Source: Candidatus Latescibacterota bacterium (GTDB taxonomy: Bacteria > Latescibacterota > UBA2968). From it: DNA of 64,000 nt. The stretch spans positions 1,120,001 through 1,184,000 of the forward strand of contig OZ242195.1 of assembly GCA_965205975.1 (NCBI GenBank). Reading direction: 5' to 3'. Both the position numbers and the translations under genes were made by a program. How positions within the stretch are numbered: the first letter of the stretch is position 1; the number at the start of each line of letters is the position of its first letter. The notes under the pieces are model-generated. The model saw nothing but the letters and a program-made list of their open reading frames with translations, had not been told where the DNA came from and did not search any database. Shown here piece by piece: positions 51,736 through 61,616 of the stretch.

Positions 51736-52896
51736 TCAATACGTTTCGGATACGTCGAGCACGGTACTGTTTTCCGCGCTTTTCGTTGTATTGGAATTTT
51801 TGATCTTTTCCCGGAGTTTTTCATAGAAAAGGTCGCTATCAACCGGGATATCTACCCAGTTTTCTGTCCAGGCAGATAAGAGCATGGCATTGGCGAGTTC
51901 GACGCCTTTGACGCCCTCAACACCAGGCGCGAGGAGTGGACTGCCCGTGCGTATGGCGTCAACCCAGTTTTGCGTAATGCCGCGATGGGCTTCGCCGCTG
52001 CCGCCCGTGGGGATGTCGCATTTCCAGGATTCGGGGCTGCCGAAGCCGCCTTTGTATTCTTTGCAGAATTTGCTGACGGATTCGCGGGTGCGCCAGAAGG
52101 TGATGTTTCCACCTTCCATGACGACTTTGCCGCGATCGCCAGTGATTTCGAGACGGTTGGTGCCGGGGGCTTCGCCTGTTGTGGTGATGAATACACCCGT
52201 CGCGCCATTTTCATATTCCACATAAGCGGTGACTTCGTCATCGACTTCGATATCGTGGTATTTGCCAAATCCGACAAATGCCCTGCATCGGATGGGCATA
52301 CCGCAAATCCATTGCCAGAGGTCGAGGTTGTGCGGACACTGGTTCATTAAGACGCCGCCGCCTTCGCCTTCCCATGTCGCGCGCCAACCGCCTGAATCGT
52401 AATAACTTTGCGAGCGGAACCAGGTGGTGATTATGTAGTTCGTGCGCTGAATTTCTCCCAGATCCCCCGATGTGACCAGATCTTTGAGTTTTTGGTGCGC
52501 CCCAATGGTGCGCTGGTTGAACATGAGGCCGAAGACGCGGTCGCTTTTTTCGGCCACGGCGTTCATTTCTTTGACCTGTTTGGTATAAACGCCTGCGGGC
52601 TTTTCTATAAGCACATGCAACCCGCTGTTCATAGCTTGAATTGCCAGTGGCGGATGGAGATAATGCGGTGTGGCGACGATGACGGCATCGACGGTTCCAG
52701 AAGCCATCATATCATCGGCACTGTCGAATGTGCGAATATTCTCGCCCAGATTTTCGCGCGCCCACTTGATGCGGTCGGGATCTATGTCGCAGATGGCGGT
52801 TAGTTCGGCATTGGATACCTCGCCCGGGAGCAAATAAAGACTATGTCCACTGCCCATGTTGCCGATGCCGATAATGCCGATGCGTACCTTATCCAT
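51736..52896 (-). CDS. Gfo/Idh/MocA oxidoreductase
   Basis: GIIGIGNMG, ATPHYLH, IEKP, GGGVLMNQCPH. Confidence 0.93.
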   Translation of the reverse strand: MDKVRIGIIGIGNMGSGHSLYLLPGEVSNAELTAICDIDPDRIKWARENLGENIRTFDSADDMMASGTVDAVIVATPHYLHPPLAIQAMNSGLHVLIEKPAGVYTKQVKEMNAVAEKSDRVFGLMFNQRTIGAHQKLKDLVTSGDLGEIQRTNYIITTWFRSQSYYDSGGWRATWEGEGGGVLMNQCPHNLDLWQWICGMPIRCRAFVGFGKYHDIEVDDEVTAYVEYENGATGVFITTTGEAPGTNRLEITGDRGKVVMEGGNITFWRTRESVSKFCKEYKGGFGSPESWKCDIPTGGSGEAHRGITQNWVDAIRTGSPLLAPGVEGVKGVELANAMLLSAWTENWVDIPVDSDLFYEKLREKIKNSNTTKSAENSTVLDVSETY

Positions 52897-52935
52897 AAAA
52901 TTCTCCTGTGTTTGTGTTGGGGGGTAGGAATATCC

Positions 52936-54075
52936 CTACATCCCGATCCTGTTTTTTTCGATATAATTCCAATTAATATTCATGCCCAATCCCGGACGCT
53001 GGGGAACGTGGACGAATCCCTGGTCATCCAGGGGTTCGCCGTGTTCGTGTAGCCAGGGCGCGTGTTCGTCGAAGTCGATGAAGGGGTGGAGGAGGCCGCG
53101 TTCGTAAAATTCGCCGTTGGTCATGGCGCACAGGGCGTGCAAATTGCCGGGACCGCCTCCGTGGATTTCGCAGCGCATGCCGAAGGATTCGCACAGGTGA
53201 ACGGTTTTCATAAGAGGGGTCAAACCGCCAACATCGCCGACGCCACAGCGAGAAATATCACAGGCACCGGCTTTGATCCATTCGGCGCGGACATACATTT
53301 TGCCTTCGCAAGTTTCGGGACCACATATTGGTAAGGACGTTTGTTCACAGAGCCAGACATAGGACGACATGCTGTGTTCATCCATGGGTTCTTCCATCCA
53401 GTAATAGTCGAGTTTTTCAAGTCCTTTTGCCAGGGCGAGCGAGGCTTCGCGGTCGTAATAGTGATAGGGGTCGAGCATGAGGGGCACATCGGGGCCGACG
53501 GCTTCGCGCACGGCAGCGCAGGCTTCGAGGTCTCGTTTGACACTGGGGGCACCCTCGTAAGGTGGTTGCCATGTGTGGAGTTTGAAGGCGGGGTACCCGC
53601 GTTTCATACACCATTCGGCAAAGCGGGCATAGTCTTCGGATGTGGCCAAACCGCCTTCGAGGTCGTCGCCGCACATGGTAGATGCATAGGCGGGGACTTT
53701 GTCGCGGTACCCGCCGAGCAATTTGTAAACGGGTTGGTTGAGGGCGCGCCCGGCCAGGTCCCAGAGGGCGAGGTCAACGGACATGATGACTCTATCGGTT
53801 ATCGTGTCTGAGTTGATGCGCTGGCGGTGGTTGAGGTCGTGCCAGATTTGTTCGCGCATAAAGGGGTCTTTGCCAATGAGTTCTGGCCTGATCATGCTGT
53901 TGATCACCTGTGCATTTGCACCAAACCAGTATCCGGAAATGTCTTCGTCGGTTGAAATTACGAGCAGGGTTTGAACGGCTTCGCGCTCGGGACCGGGATG
54001 CCCGTGTCCATCGCTGTCGCGTTCGGTGTTGGCGATGTATTTGAATTGAATGGTTTCGACATCGGTGATTTCCAA
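52936..54075 (-). CDS. mandelate racemase family enolase-superfamily protein
   Basis: DLALWDLAG, FKLH, D/EEP/E ligands, RPGLG. Confidence 0.9.
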   Translation of the reverse strand: MEITDVETIQFKYIANTERDSDGHGHPGPEREAVQTLLVISTDEDISGYWFGANAQVINSMIRPELIGKDPFMREQIWHDLNHRQRINSDTITDRVIMSVDLALWDLAGRALNQPVYKLLGGYRDKVPAYASTMCGDDLEGGLATSEDYARFAEWCMKRGYPAFKLHTWQPPYEGAPSVKRDLEACAAVREAVGPDVPLMLDPYHYYDREASLALAKGLEKLDYYWMEEPMDEHSMSSYVWLCEQTSLPICGPETCEGKMYVRAEWIKAGACDISRCGVGDVGGLTPLMKTVHLCESFGMRCEIHGGGPGNLHALCAMTNGEFYERGLLHPFIDFDEHAPWLHEHGEPLDDQGFVHVPQRPGLGMNINWNYIEKNRIGM

Positions 54076-54087
54076 AGGGAACTCCTT

Positions 54088-55539
54088 TCAATACAGCGGC
54101 CTATAACGCAGGTCGCCGCCTTCTTGGCGTTGTTTTTTATAATCGGCTTCAAGTGCCTCTCGCACCCAGTATTGTGGGGCAGATGTGTAGTTCGATTGGT
54201 GTTTCTGGTTGTCAATCCAGTGCTCGAGCAAGCGGGATTTGAGGTTGTGTTCAACCGGGGCGAAGTGCGCGTCTCCCGCGCGATTGACGAGTTCGTCGGG
54301 ATCGTTTTCGAGGTCGTAAAGTTCGGCAGATCCATCGGCGTAGTGCGCGTATTTGTAGCGTTCGGTTCGCACCATAGCGCGACCACCGATTTCGCAAAAT
54401 GCGGCCTGTCGAATGGTCGCGGTGGGGTCTTTGAATAGTGGGCGAATGTCCTCTCCTTGAAGTGTGCTCGGCGGTTCGGCATCGCAGGCGTAATAAATAA
54501 GTGGTACGAGATCAATGATGCTGACAAGGCTCGATGCGCGCTGATGGGTGGGGACATCGGGACCGCGAATGATGAGGGGCACGCGCGACATGCAGTCGTA
54601 AAAGAAGCCTTTGAAGGGCAGGCCGTGATCGCCCAGTGCGTCGCCGTGATCGCTGGAGAAGACGATGAGGGTGTCGTCGAGTGCGCGGTGGGCTTCCAGT
54701 GCGGCGATGATTTTGCCAATGCCTTCGTCAATCAGGCTGATATTGGCGTAGTAGTGCTCGCGCCATTTGCGGTAGTGCTCTGGCGTGGCCTGTGAATAGT
54801 CCAGGCGAAACATGGAGTTGGACAGGCTGCCGCGACCGCGGTCTCTTTGTGCGGGCGGTTTGTCGGCGAGTTCTTCTGGGGAACCGACGGGGGCGGGGAT
54901 GGGCGCGTCGGCATACATAAGGGCCATGTCTTCTGGGGGGTCGTAGGGGTCGTGCGGTCCGGGAAAGCTGACCCATGCGGCAAAGGGATCGTTCCCATTT
55001 TGTTGGAGCCATTCGGCTGCTTGATCGCCGACAAAGCCATCGACGTGGAATTTGCGCTCGCGCGGTGTGATGGATGCGCCCAGATTTTCGTAATAACCCG
55101 GCAATGTGGTGGGGTGCGGTCGGTCGAGGCCGTGTGCAGCGAGAAATTGTACGTGGTGGTCGGGCAGGAAAATGTGCCGTTTGTCTTCGGCCATGATGCG
55201 TTCGTCAAAGCCCTGGTGCGAGTCCCAGGGGTGAAAGTGCATTTTGCCAATGGCTGCGGTGCGCCGTCCGGTTTGCGAAATGATGCGCGGCCAGGTTGGG
55301 ACATGATCGGGTAACCAGTTGCCATTGCCGAGCACGCCGGTCACGCTGGGGTACTGTCCGCTCATGATGGACGCGCGACAAGGTACGCATACAGGGGAGG
55401 GGACAATGCAGTGGTCAAATACCATGCCTTCGCGTGCAAGGCGGTCGAGGTTGGGGGTTTGCATAAAGTCGAGGCCGTAACAGGGCAGGCTGTCCCAGCG
55501 CTGTTGATCGGTGGTGATTAAAAGGAGGTTGCGAGCCAT
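54088..55539 (-). CDS. sulfatase (Cys-type)
   Basis: TTDQQRWD, CVPCRASIMSG, GKMH, SSDHG. Confidence 0.93.
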   Translation of the reverse strand: MARNLLLITTDQQRWDSLPCYGLDFMQTPNLDRLAREGMVFDHCIVPSPVCVPCRASIMSGQYPSVTGVLGNGNWLPDHVPTWPRIISQTGRRTAAIGKMHFHPWDSHQGFDERIMAEDKRHIFLPDHHVQFLAAHGLDRPHPTTLPGYYENLGASITPRERKFHVDGFVGDQAAEWLQQNGNDPFAAWVSFPGPHDPYDPPEDMALMYADAPIPAPVGSPEELADKPPAQRDRGRGSLSNSMFRLDYSQATPEHYRKWREHYYANISLIDEGIGKIIAALEAHRALDDTLIVFSSDHGDALGDHGLPFKGFFYDCMSRVPLIIRGPDVPTHQRASSLVSIIDLVPLIYYACDAEPPSTLQGEDIRPLFKDPTATIRQAAFCEIGGRAMVRTERYKYAHYADGSAELYDLENDPDELVNRAGDAHFAPVEHNLKSRLLEHWIDNQKHQSNYTSAPQYWVREALEADYKKQRQEGGDLRYRPLY

Positions 55540-55598
55540 AAGGTGCTCCAGAATAAGGGTGAGTTCAGGTGGGTCAAAAGGACGGGACAAGATAGGAC

Positions 55599-55635
55599 GG
55601 GGAAACAGGTATGGCAAAGTATTTCTGTTGGTCAA
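55599..55635. repeat. 37-bp direct repeat, copy 1 (promoter-like on the minus strand)
   Basis: GGGGAAACAGGTATGGCAAAGTATTTCTGTTGGTCAA; 35/37 identical to 57456-57492. Confidence 0.9.
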
Positions 55636-55642
55636 ATAAAAT

Positions 55643-55680
55643 AAAAATGGCCTACTCTGTATTATTCAGAGCAGGCCATT
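55643..55680 (-). terminator. intrinsic terminator of the AAA/PD-(D/E)xK gene
   Basis: A tract + ATGGCCTACTCTG...CAGAGCAGGCCAT. Confidence 0.65.
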
Positions 55681-55765
55681 GGCTTGCAATACTTCTTTAC
55701 GGTGTGTTCGTATTCCCACAAAAGTTAAAAGCGCCGGGCAATATTTATATCTTATAGATGGCAAA

Positions 55766-57313
55766 TCACGCACGTACAACTTCAAAGGCCGTTATATTGC
55801 GGGTGTTCTTACTGAACTCTACCCCGATCAGGTGAATCGGCTGATCCAGACCCCGATATTTGTCTGCGTATCCCTTTGCCTGCAATTGCGTCATTGCGGC
55901 ACCTTCGGACGCCAGTTCTACCACTTTGAACTCGAACAGGTAGATGTTATCGTTGAAGTGTACAGCCATATCGACACGCCCCTGGCTGCTGCTGTCCTCT
56001 ACCGTGATATTGAGGCCCAAGCCCGCAAAATAGGAATAGAACACGCTGGCATAGTAGCCTTCAAAATTGGCGATGTCGTTATTGGTGTACCATTCGTAGG
56101 GAATACTGGCAAAGAAGGCGTGGAATAAGGTCTCGAGACCGGCGAAGTCATTGGCCTCGAGCAGGCGGTAGAGTTGCACGCTGTTCTCCATCTGCCGCGA
56201 CGGGTCTTTCACCAGATAGCGCAACAGGCTTCGGTTGAGGCTCTGGCGTACTTCCCGATTGGGATAACCCAACCGATAGAATGACGTGCCGCCGAGATTT
56301 TCCTCACCAGTAATGGTCAAATACCCAGTTTGAAATAACAGGGCCTCGGTCGCAATTTCATCCACATCGAAAGTTGATAGCAAGTCGCTACTGCCGATCA
56401 TGTCGTCGAGTTTCAAGGAACTGACCTGACGTTTGAACAGGGTTTCAATGAGGAAGGTAGGCGTACCTGTCTCAAACCAATATGTGCCGAAGGTGCGCTT
56501 GTCGAAGAGCAGGAGGATGTCGAAGGGGTTGTACACCTTCTCCTCACCCAGCCAGCTATAGCCGTTATACCAGTCGCGGATCTCATCCCGATCCAGACCC
56601 GGCAGTTCGGGGGTGAATACTGTATCGAGGTCCTCTTCGGTATAGCCACAGATAGCCGAGTAGCGCGCATCCAGCGTGATATCCTTCAGGTTGTTGAGAC
56701 CAGAGAACAGATGCACCTTGGAAAACTTGCTGACGCCCGTGAGAAATGTGAACTTGATATAGGCATCATTGGACTTGATCGTCGAATACAGACCGCGCAG
56801 AAAGTCGCGGTTGTCGCGCGCAATCTCCGGTTCTTCCAGAGCATCGAGTATTGGCTTGTCGTATTCATCAACCAGAACGACAACGCGTTGTCCTGCTTTT
56901 TCGTGAAGGATTTCCAAAATAGATGCGAAGCGTCCGGGGGCTGTGGTGTATTCGGAAACGATTTTCGCCCGACGTTCTATGGCCGCGAGTTGTTCCATCA
57001 CATTCGCCTGCAGGTAGCCCGCTTCTTTGAAATTGCCCCTGCCAAAGTCGAGGCACAGTACAGGATAGCGAATAGACCAGTCCCACTGGTCGTGGATGTA
57101 CAGCCCTTCAAACAGCGGTTCATTGCCCTCAAACAGTTCTTTCAGCGTGTCCAGAAACAGGCTTTTGCCAAAGCGTCTCGGACGCGATAAAAAATAGTGC
57201 GTGCCCTCGTCCATCAGTCGCCGTATGTAGGCCGTTTTATCGACATAGTAAAAGTTTTCTTCCCGGATTTTGCGGAAGGTCTGAATGCCGATGGGCAGTC
57301 TGCGTCTGGTCAT
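55766..57313 (-). CDS. AAA-ATPase-like + PD-(D/E)xK (PDDEXK_9) nuclease protein
   Basis: LPIGIQTF, YYVDKT, RPRRFGKS, LVDEYDKP, EGYY, GRVD..FEFK, Q...KGY. Confidence 0.93.
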   Translation of the reverse strand: MTRRRLPIGIQTFRKIREENFYYVDKTAYIRRLMDEGTHYFLSRPRRFGKSLFLDTLKELFEGNEPLFEGLYIHDQWDWSIRYPVLCLDFGRGNFKEAGYLQANVMEQLAAIERRAKIVSEYTTAPGRFASILEILHEKAGQRVVVLVDEYDKPILDALEEPEIARDNRDFLRGLYSTIKSNDAYIKFTFLTGVSKFSKVHLFSGLNNLKDITLDARYSAICGYTEEDLDTVFTPELPGLDRDEIRDWYNGYSWLGEEKVYNPFDILLLFDKRTFGTYWFETGTPTFLIETLFKRQVSSLKLDDMIGSSDLLSTFDVDEIATEALLFQTGYLTITGEENLGGTSFYRLGYPNREVRQSLNRSLLRYLVKDPSRQMENSVQLYRLLEANDFAGLETLFHAFFASIPYEWYTNNDIANFEGYYASVFYSYFAGLGLNITVEDSSSQGRVDMAVHFNDNIYLFEFKVVELASEGAAMTQLQAKGYADKYRGLDQPIHLIGVEFSKNTRNITAFEVVRA

Positions 57314-57455
57314 TATGATGCACCTTTTTCTTTCGACATTTGCAGTTATCTGCAATTTACTCGAAAAAACAGGGGTTTGCAACGGCATTCTTGCGTATGA
57401 GGTAAAGAGTTAAAATCTCCGGGCAATCCGAAAACCGTCATAGCTGAGCCGGAAA

Positions 57456-57492
57456 GGGGACACAGGTATGGCAAAGTATTTCTGTTAGTCAA
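57456..57492. repeat. 37-bp direct repeat, copy 2
   Basis: GGGGACACAGGTATGGCAAAGTATTTCTGTTAGTCAA. Confidence 0.9.
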
Positions 57493-57584
57493 GTTAAAAA
57501 AATTGACGTTGACCCAAACAAGTTTTATGTTAGTATTTATTGAAGTATATCCCGTTTAGCATCTGTTTGTCGAGGAGGCGTGCA

Positions 57585-58778
57585 ATGTTACAGGAATTTC
57601 GCGTCGATAATTTTAAGTCTTTGATTAACATTGTATTTAAGCCGCAGGAAATCAATCTGCTTCTTGGTAAGAACAATTCTGGTAAGACAAACCTCTGTCA
57701 GGCTTTGCAGTTTGTGGGGTGTAGTTCAATTTTCCCGCTCAATGAGTGTGCGGAACAAGTTGCAGGTGGACGGTTTGGTATGACCAATTTCGCATTTGAT
57801 AAATCCACTATAGATTTTTATGTCCGGGCAGAAGTGCCCTATGAAGAGGCGGCTTTGATCTTTGAGTATGAACTGACCATCTCGCCGCCGAGGTACAGTA
57901 TTGGAGAAGGAAAAATAATTGGAGAACCAATAGTAAAAGTTGATCGAGAGGTCTTAACCGTTACGGGTGGAAAATTTGACAAAATCATTTTACTCGAAAA
58001 TATCTCCGGCAGGATTAGGGTTTTGCATGAGAAAGATTTTATTGATGGCAGGGATAATTATGAGAAAAAGAGTGCTCCTGTAGATACAACAATGTTGCAG
58101 CGTCTCTATGATGGGGAAACCAATGCACGAGCTAATCATTTCAAACGCTATTTAGGCAATTGGGTTTGTTACGATTTGTCGCCTGCTGCTATGAGGGAAT
58201 CGGACTATAAGCCCAATGAATTTGTTCTCAGTACAGATGGGAGCAATCTCGCATCTGTGCTCTACTGGTTAAAGACCTCCAATGAACGGGATTATCGCAA
58301 GCTGGTGAAAGTCATGCAAGTGATTGAGCCGAAAATTGAGTTTATCAATTTTTCCGTTGTCTCAGAAAGTGTCGTAGGTATGCTTTTTGAAGATTCTGAG
58401 AGATATACATTGCCCTTCTGGAAAGCCTCAAATGGGACACTTCGATTTTTGGCTCTGTCTTATGTCTTATTAATTCAATCACAACGGATAATGGATTCGC
58501 GTCCATTGCTCATGATTGAGGAGCCTGAAAATGGCATTTATGTCGGTTTTCTAAAAACGCTACTCGAAATGGTTGATCAATCTCAGGGACCGCAGATCAT
58601 TTTTACCTCGCACGCGCCTTATTTTATCGATCTTTTTGACAAGTATTTGGACGGGATTTTTGTACTTAATCGTGACGAACAGCACACCTCAATTACGCAA
58701 CCGGATATTGATGAGGTGAAGACACGCCTTGAACATTTTCCATTGGGAGAGCAGCATTTTCGGGAGATGTTGGGATGA
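57585..58778 (+). CDS. ABC-type ATPase (AAA_21/AAA_15-like)
   Basis: NFKS, GKNNSGKTN (Walker A), SNGTLRFL, IEEPENG (Walker B), TSHAP. Confidence 0.9.
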   Translation: MLQEFRVDNFKSLINIVFKPQEINLLLGKNNSGKTNLCQALQFVGCSSIFPLNECAEQVAGGRFGMTNFAFDKSTIDFYVRAEVPYEEAALIFEYELTISPPRYSIGEGKIIGEPIVKVDREVLTVTGGKFDKIILLENISGRIRVLHEKDFIDGRDNYEKKSAPVDTTMLQRLYDGETNARANHFKRYLGNWVCYDLSPAAMRESDYKPNEFVLSTDGSNLASVLYWLKTSNERDYRKLVKVMQVIEPKIEFINFSVVSESVVGMLFEDSERYTLPFWKASNGTLRFLALSYVLLIQSQRIMDSRPLLMIEEPENGIYVGFLKTLLEMVDQSQGPQIIFTSHAPYFIDLFDKYLDGIFVLNRDEQHTSITQPDIDEVKTRLEHFPLGEQHFREMLG

Positions 58779-59365
58779 AGATTGGGTATTATGTGCAGGG
58801 AGATGCAGATGAGGCAGTTGTCTGGGGACTCAGGAAACGCTGGTGTCCCGATGCGGAATTGGCGGAGGGACAGTTCCGGGGTGCTTCAAAGGAATCTTTC
58901 AGGCGGGAGATTGCTAATTCCCTGATGGATTTGAAAAGCGATAAAAGGTGTGATGTTATTGTTGTTTTAACAGATGCCGATGCGAATCGCTGGCAGAGGG
59001 TAAAACAAGCTGAAAGAAAAAAAATTCCCGCAGACTGTCAGCATTTGACCCTTTTTGGTGTGGCTGAGGAAAATATTGAATGCTGGCTGGCGATTGACCA
59101 AGAAGCACTCGCCCGTGAACTGAAATGCCAGGAGGAGGATATTCCCACAGATAACCCTTCTAAATCAAATTTTATTAAACGGCGTTTTGGGTTGACACAA
59201 CGGGATAAGAAACAGGATGCAAAAGCGCGTATTTGCAATTATGTCGCGCAAGCCTCCTTGAGGGAGTGGATTGAGGGTTCGGGTTCCTTTGAGGATTTTT
59301 ATAAAGAGGCACGTCGCTGGGCTGCCCAAAATGAGTGCTCGATTCCCAATGAAAGGGAAAGGTAG
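58775..59365 (+). CDS. TOPRIM-like protein (DUF4276/RloB-like)
   Basis: YVQGDAD, VLTDAD (DxD), ENIECWL; ATGA overlap with the ATPase gene. Confidence 0.7.
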   Translation: MKIGYYVQGDADEAVVWGLRKRWCPDAELAEGQFRGASKESFRREIANSLMDLKSDKRCDVIVVLTDADANRWQRVKQAERKKIPADCQHLTLFGVAEENIECWLAIDQEALARELKCQEEDIPTDNPSKSNFIKRRFGLTQRDKKQDAKARICNYVAQASLREWIEGSGSFEDFYKEARRWAAQNECSIPNERER

Positions 59366-59649
59366 ATAGCTATCTGTCTGGACTGGGCGTGGGCACGGCG
59401 GGTTTTTATATGCGTGACGATAATGACGAGCCTAATCATTATGTGGTCTCGAACAACCACGTCATTGATGGATCGAATATGGCGGGTATCGGAGACATGG
59501 TTGTTCAACCCGGGACACTCGACTTGACGAGTCTTGAATTACGTTCAATGCCAAATATCGTCTCACTGGGCGCGCAGGCGAAAATCGGAAAATTGGATGG
59601 CTTTGTGCCGATTCAATTTCTGACGTCGGGAAATATACCGCGGACGTAA
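59366..59649 (+). pseudogene. trypsin-like (Nal1-type) serine protease fragment
   Basis: GTAGF..YVVSNNHV..N.AGIGD.VVQPGTLD..FVPIQF; catalytic His only, Asp and GDSG motifs absent. Confidence 0.65.
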
Positions 59650-59714
59650 TTAATGAATTGTGCACTGCTACAGGGTTAAACCTGGATGTGGTTACTGGTT
59701 GAAGGAGGTACATA

Positions 59715-60005
59715 ATGAGACGAGCGACATTTAGCGAACTTCAGGATTTACTGACGGCGAGACCAGCAAGAATTTTGGCTGAAATCGACAATGCGGATGC
59801 ACAGTTATCGATCCCCCTTGATGGACAAGGGGTGCGAGTCTTGGTGGAGACACGAACAGATAGAGAAGCAGCGCGTGTTCCTACGTCGCTACGCGTGTCA
59901 ATTAGTGGTGAGCTAGTCAATGTTCCCTTGGAAGCGCGGGCAACTGCTCAAGACTACGAATTGTTGGACACCGTACAATCGTCAAACCTGACCTCGATGC
60001 AGTGA
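59715..60005 (+). CDS. small hypothetical protein
   Basis: 96 aa, strong RBS AAGGAGGT. Confidence 0.7.
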   Translation: MRRATFSELQDLLTARPARILAEIDNADAQLSIPLDGQGVRVLVETRTDREAARVPTSLRVSISGELVNVPLEARATAQDYELLDTVQSSNLTSMQ

Positions 60006-60078
60006 GGTGGCTGACATCATGATGAAATGCTCATTGGACAAATTCTGAAAAATTCTCCTGTAAGCATAGAGGAAGAAA

Positions 60079-60348
60079 ATGGATCAAAATGAACGAAGAA
60101 CGATAAAGGATATTGTCAAAGTGCTCTATCATTCAAGGGGTGATTGGCGCACGCCAGGGGGCATAGCGCGAGATCTCGAAATTCCTTCTGAAACGGTAAC
60201 CCAAATCATCAAAGACCATCGAGAATTTTTTATTTTAGCAGATGACGAACCTGCGAAATTTGCTTTTCTTCCCAGCGGTTTCGATGCCGTGTCACTCACT
60301 GATCGTGCGCGGAACTTATATCTCCAGGAGCTAACCCTGAGTTCATAG
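60079..60348 (+). CDS. small hypothetical protein, possibly winged-helix
   Basis: 89 aa, RBS GAGG, WRTPGGIARDLEIPSETV HTH-like segment. Confidence 0.6.
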   Translation: MDQNERRTIKDIVKVLYHSRGDWRTPGGIARDLEIPSETVTQIIKDHREFFILADDEPAKFAFLPSGFDAVSLTDRARNLYLQELTLSS

Positions 60349-60391
60349 CAAAGACGTATCCGGTGAGCGTTGTTCTGTACTGCAAAGATTA

Positions 60392-60434
60392 GTGGTGTCC
60401 CTTCCCTACAAGGGCAGGGCAAAAGGGACACCAC
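60392..60434. terminator. strong hairpin between convergent genes
   Basis: GTGGTGTCCCTT...AAGGGACACCAC 12-bp inverted repeat. Confidence 0.55.
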
Positions 60435-60487
60435 CCCCACCTCATCAGGACCATCCCTGGACGCCCCGTTGCACTCTCGGCAATACC

Positions 60488-61564
60488 TTAGTGCTGTCCG
60501 TTTGAGCCGACGAGAGTGCGGGCAACGCGAAAACCTGTAAGGCTGTTCCGTTTTACGGGTTTGAGAGTGTCGCGATTGGCCGACCGCAGGTCACTCTGAT
60601 TACTATTCCACGAACCGCCGCGTACCACATGCTGACCACAGTCCTTAGACTCCCAGGCATATCCGTCCACGGATGATTCCTTGTAATTGTCTCTCCAGCA
60701 ATCCTGCACCCATTCCTGCACGTTACCGTGCATGTCGTGAAGACCCCAACCATTAGCCTCGAACGAGCCCACTGGGGCTGTCTTTTGATTATCCCACTGA
60801 CTACCGCAGTTCTTGCAATTAGCACGGTTATGATCAATCTTATCCCCCCAGTTATACTTTGTCACTGAGCCAGTACGCGCCGCATACTCCCACTCCGCCT
60901 CACTCGGCAAACGATAGCCTTTGCCCGTCTTGAACGACAGCCACTGCGTATATGCCACCGCATCATCCCACGAGACGTTGATCACAGGACGCCGACCACG
61001 CTCCCAGTCTTCATCATTCGCACTTTCGCGCCCAGTCGCATCTGTAAAGTGATCATACTCCTCAAACGTTACCTCGTATTTCGATAGCGCAAACGATCCT
61101 ATCCGCACCTCCTGCACCGGTTTCTCGTCTTTCTCGCAGCCTATATTCGACACACAACCCATCCGAAAACGCCCCGGCGGAATCACCACCATCTTCGGAC
61201 CAATAAACATCTGCTCAGCCTTGACCAACAACGCCAGTGCCTTCTCATAGGATCCGCCATTCTTCCCCGCTGTCGCTAAATATTTATTTATTGAGTCAAT
61301 CGCGGTCTGGATAAAGCCTGCTGAAAAGGCAACTCGGGCATATTCAAAGTAGAACTCGTCAGATAACGTAAAATTTCGCTCTTTTTGCAGAGCGTTGATC
61401 TTATTCATCATATAGAGAGCATTCCCATAGTCTTTTTGGGCAAGTAGTTGTTTTACCTGAAGCTGGTATTTATCCGCTATAATCTCCGGCGAAAGTTCGG
61501 CTGATACAATCGTGAAAACTCCCAACAAAACGACAATGAAAATGCTCCTAATTACATCCCGCAT
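60488..61564 (-). CDS. secreted protein: helical N-terminus + FGE-sulfatase (CLec-fold) domain
   Basis: Signal peptide; MVVIPPGRFRMG, YEVT, PVINVSW, RLPSEAEWEYAAR, DMHGNV.EW, RGGSW, GFRVAR. Confidence 0.92.
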   Translation of the reverse strand: MRDVIRSIFIVVLLGVFTIVSAELSPEIIADKYQLQVKQLLAQKDYGNALYMMNKINALQKERNFTLSDEFYFEYARVAFSAGFIQTAIDSINKYLATAGKNGGSYEKALALLVKAEQMFIGPKMVVIPPGRFRMGCVSNIGCEKDEKPVQEVRIGSFALSKYEVTFEEYDHFTDATGRESANDEDWERGRRPVINVSWDDAVAYTQWLSFKTGKGYRLPSEAEWEYAARTGSVTKYNWGDKIDHNRANCKNCGSQWDNQKTAPVGSFEANGWGLHDMHGNVQEWVQDCWRDNYKESSVDGYAWESKDCGQHVVRGGSWNSNQSDLRSANRDTLKPVKRNSLTGFRVARTLVGSNGQH

Positions 61565-61616
61565 GATGTTTCTCCTTAATCCTTATCAAATTTTACCTCA
61601 GGGACACCTCAGCCTA

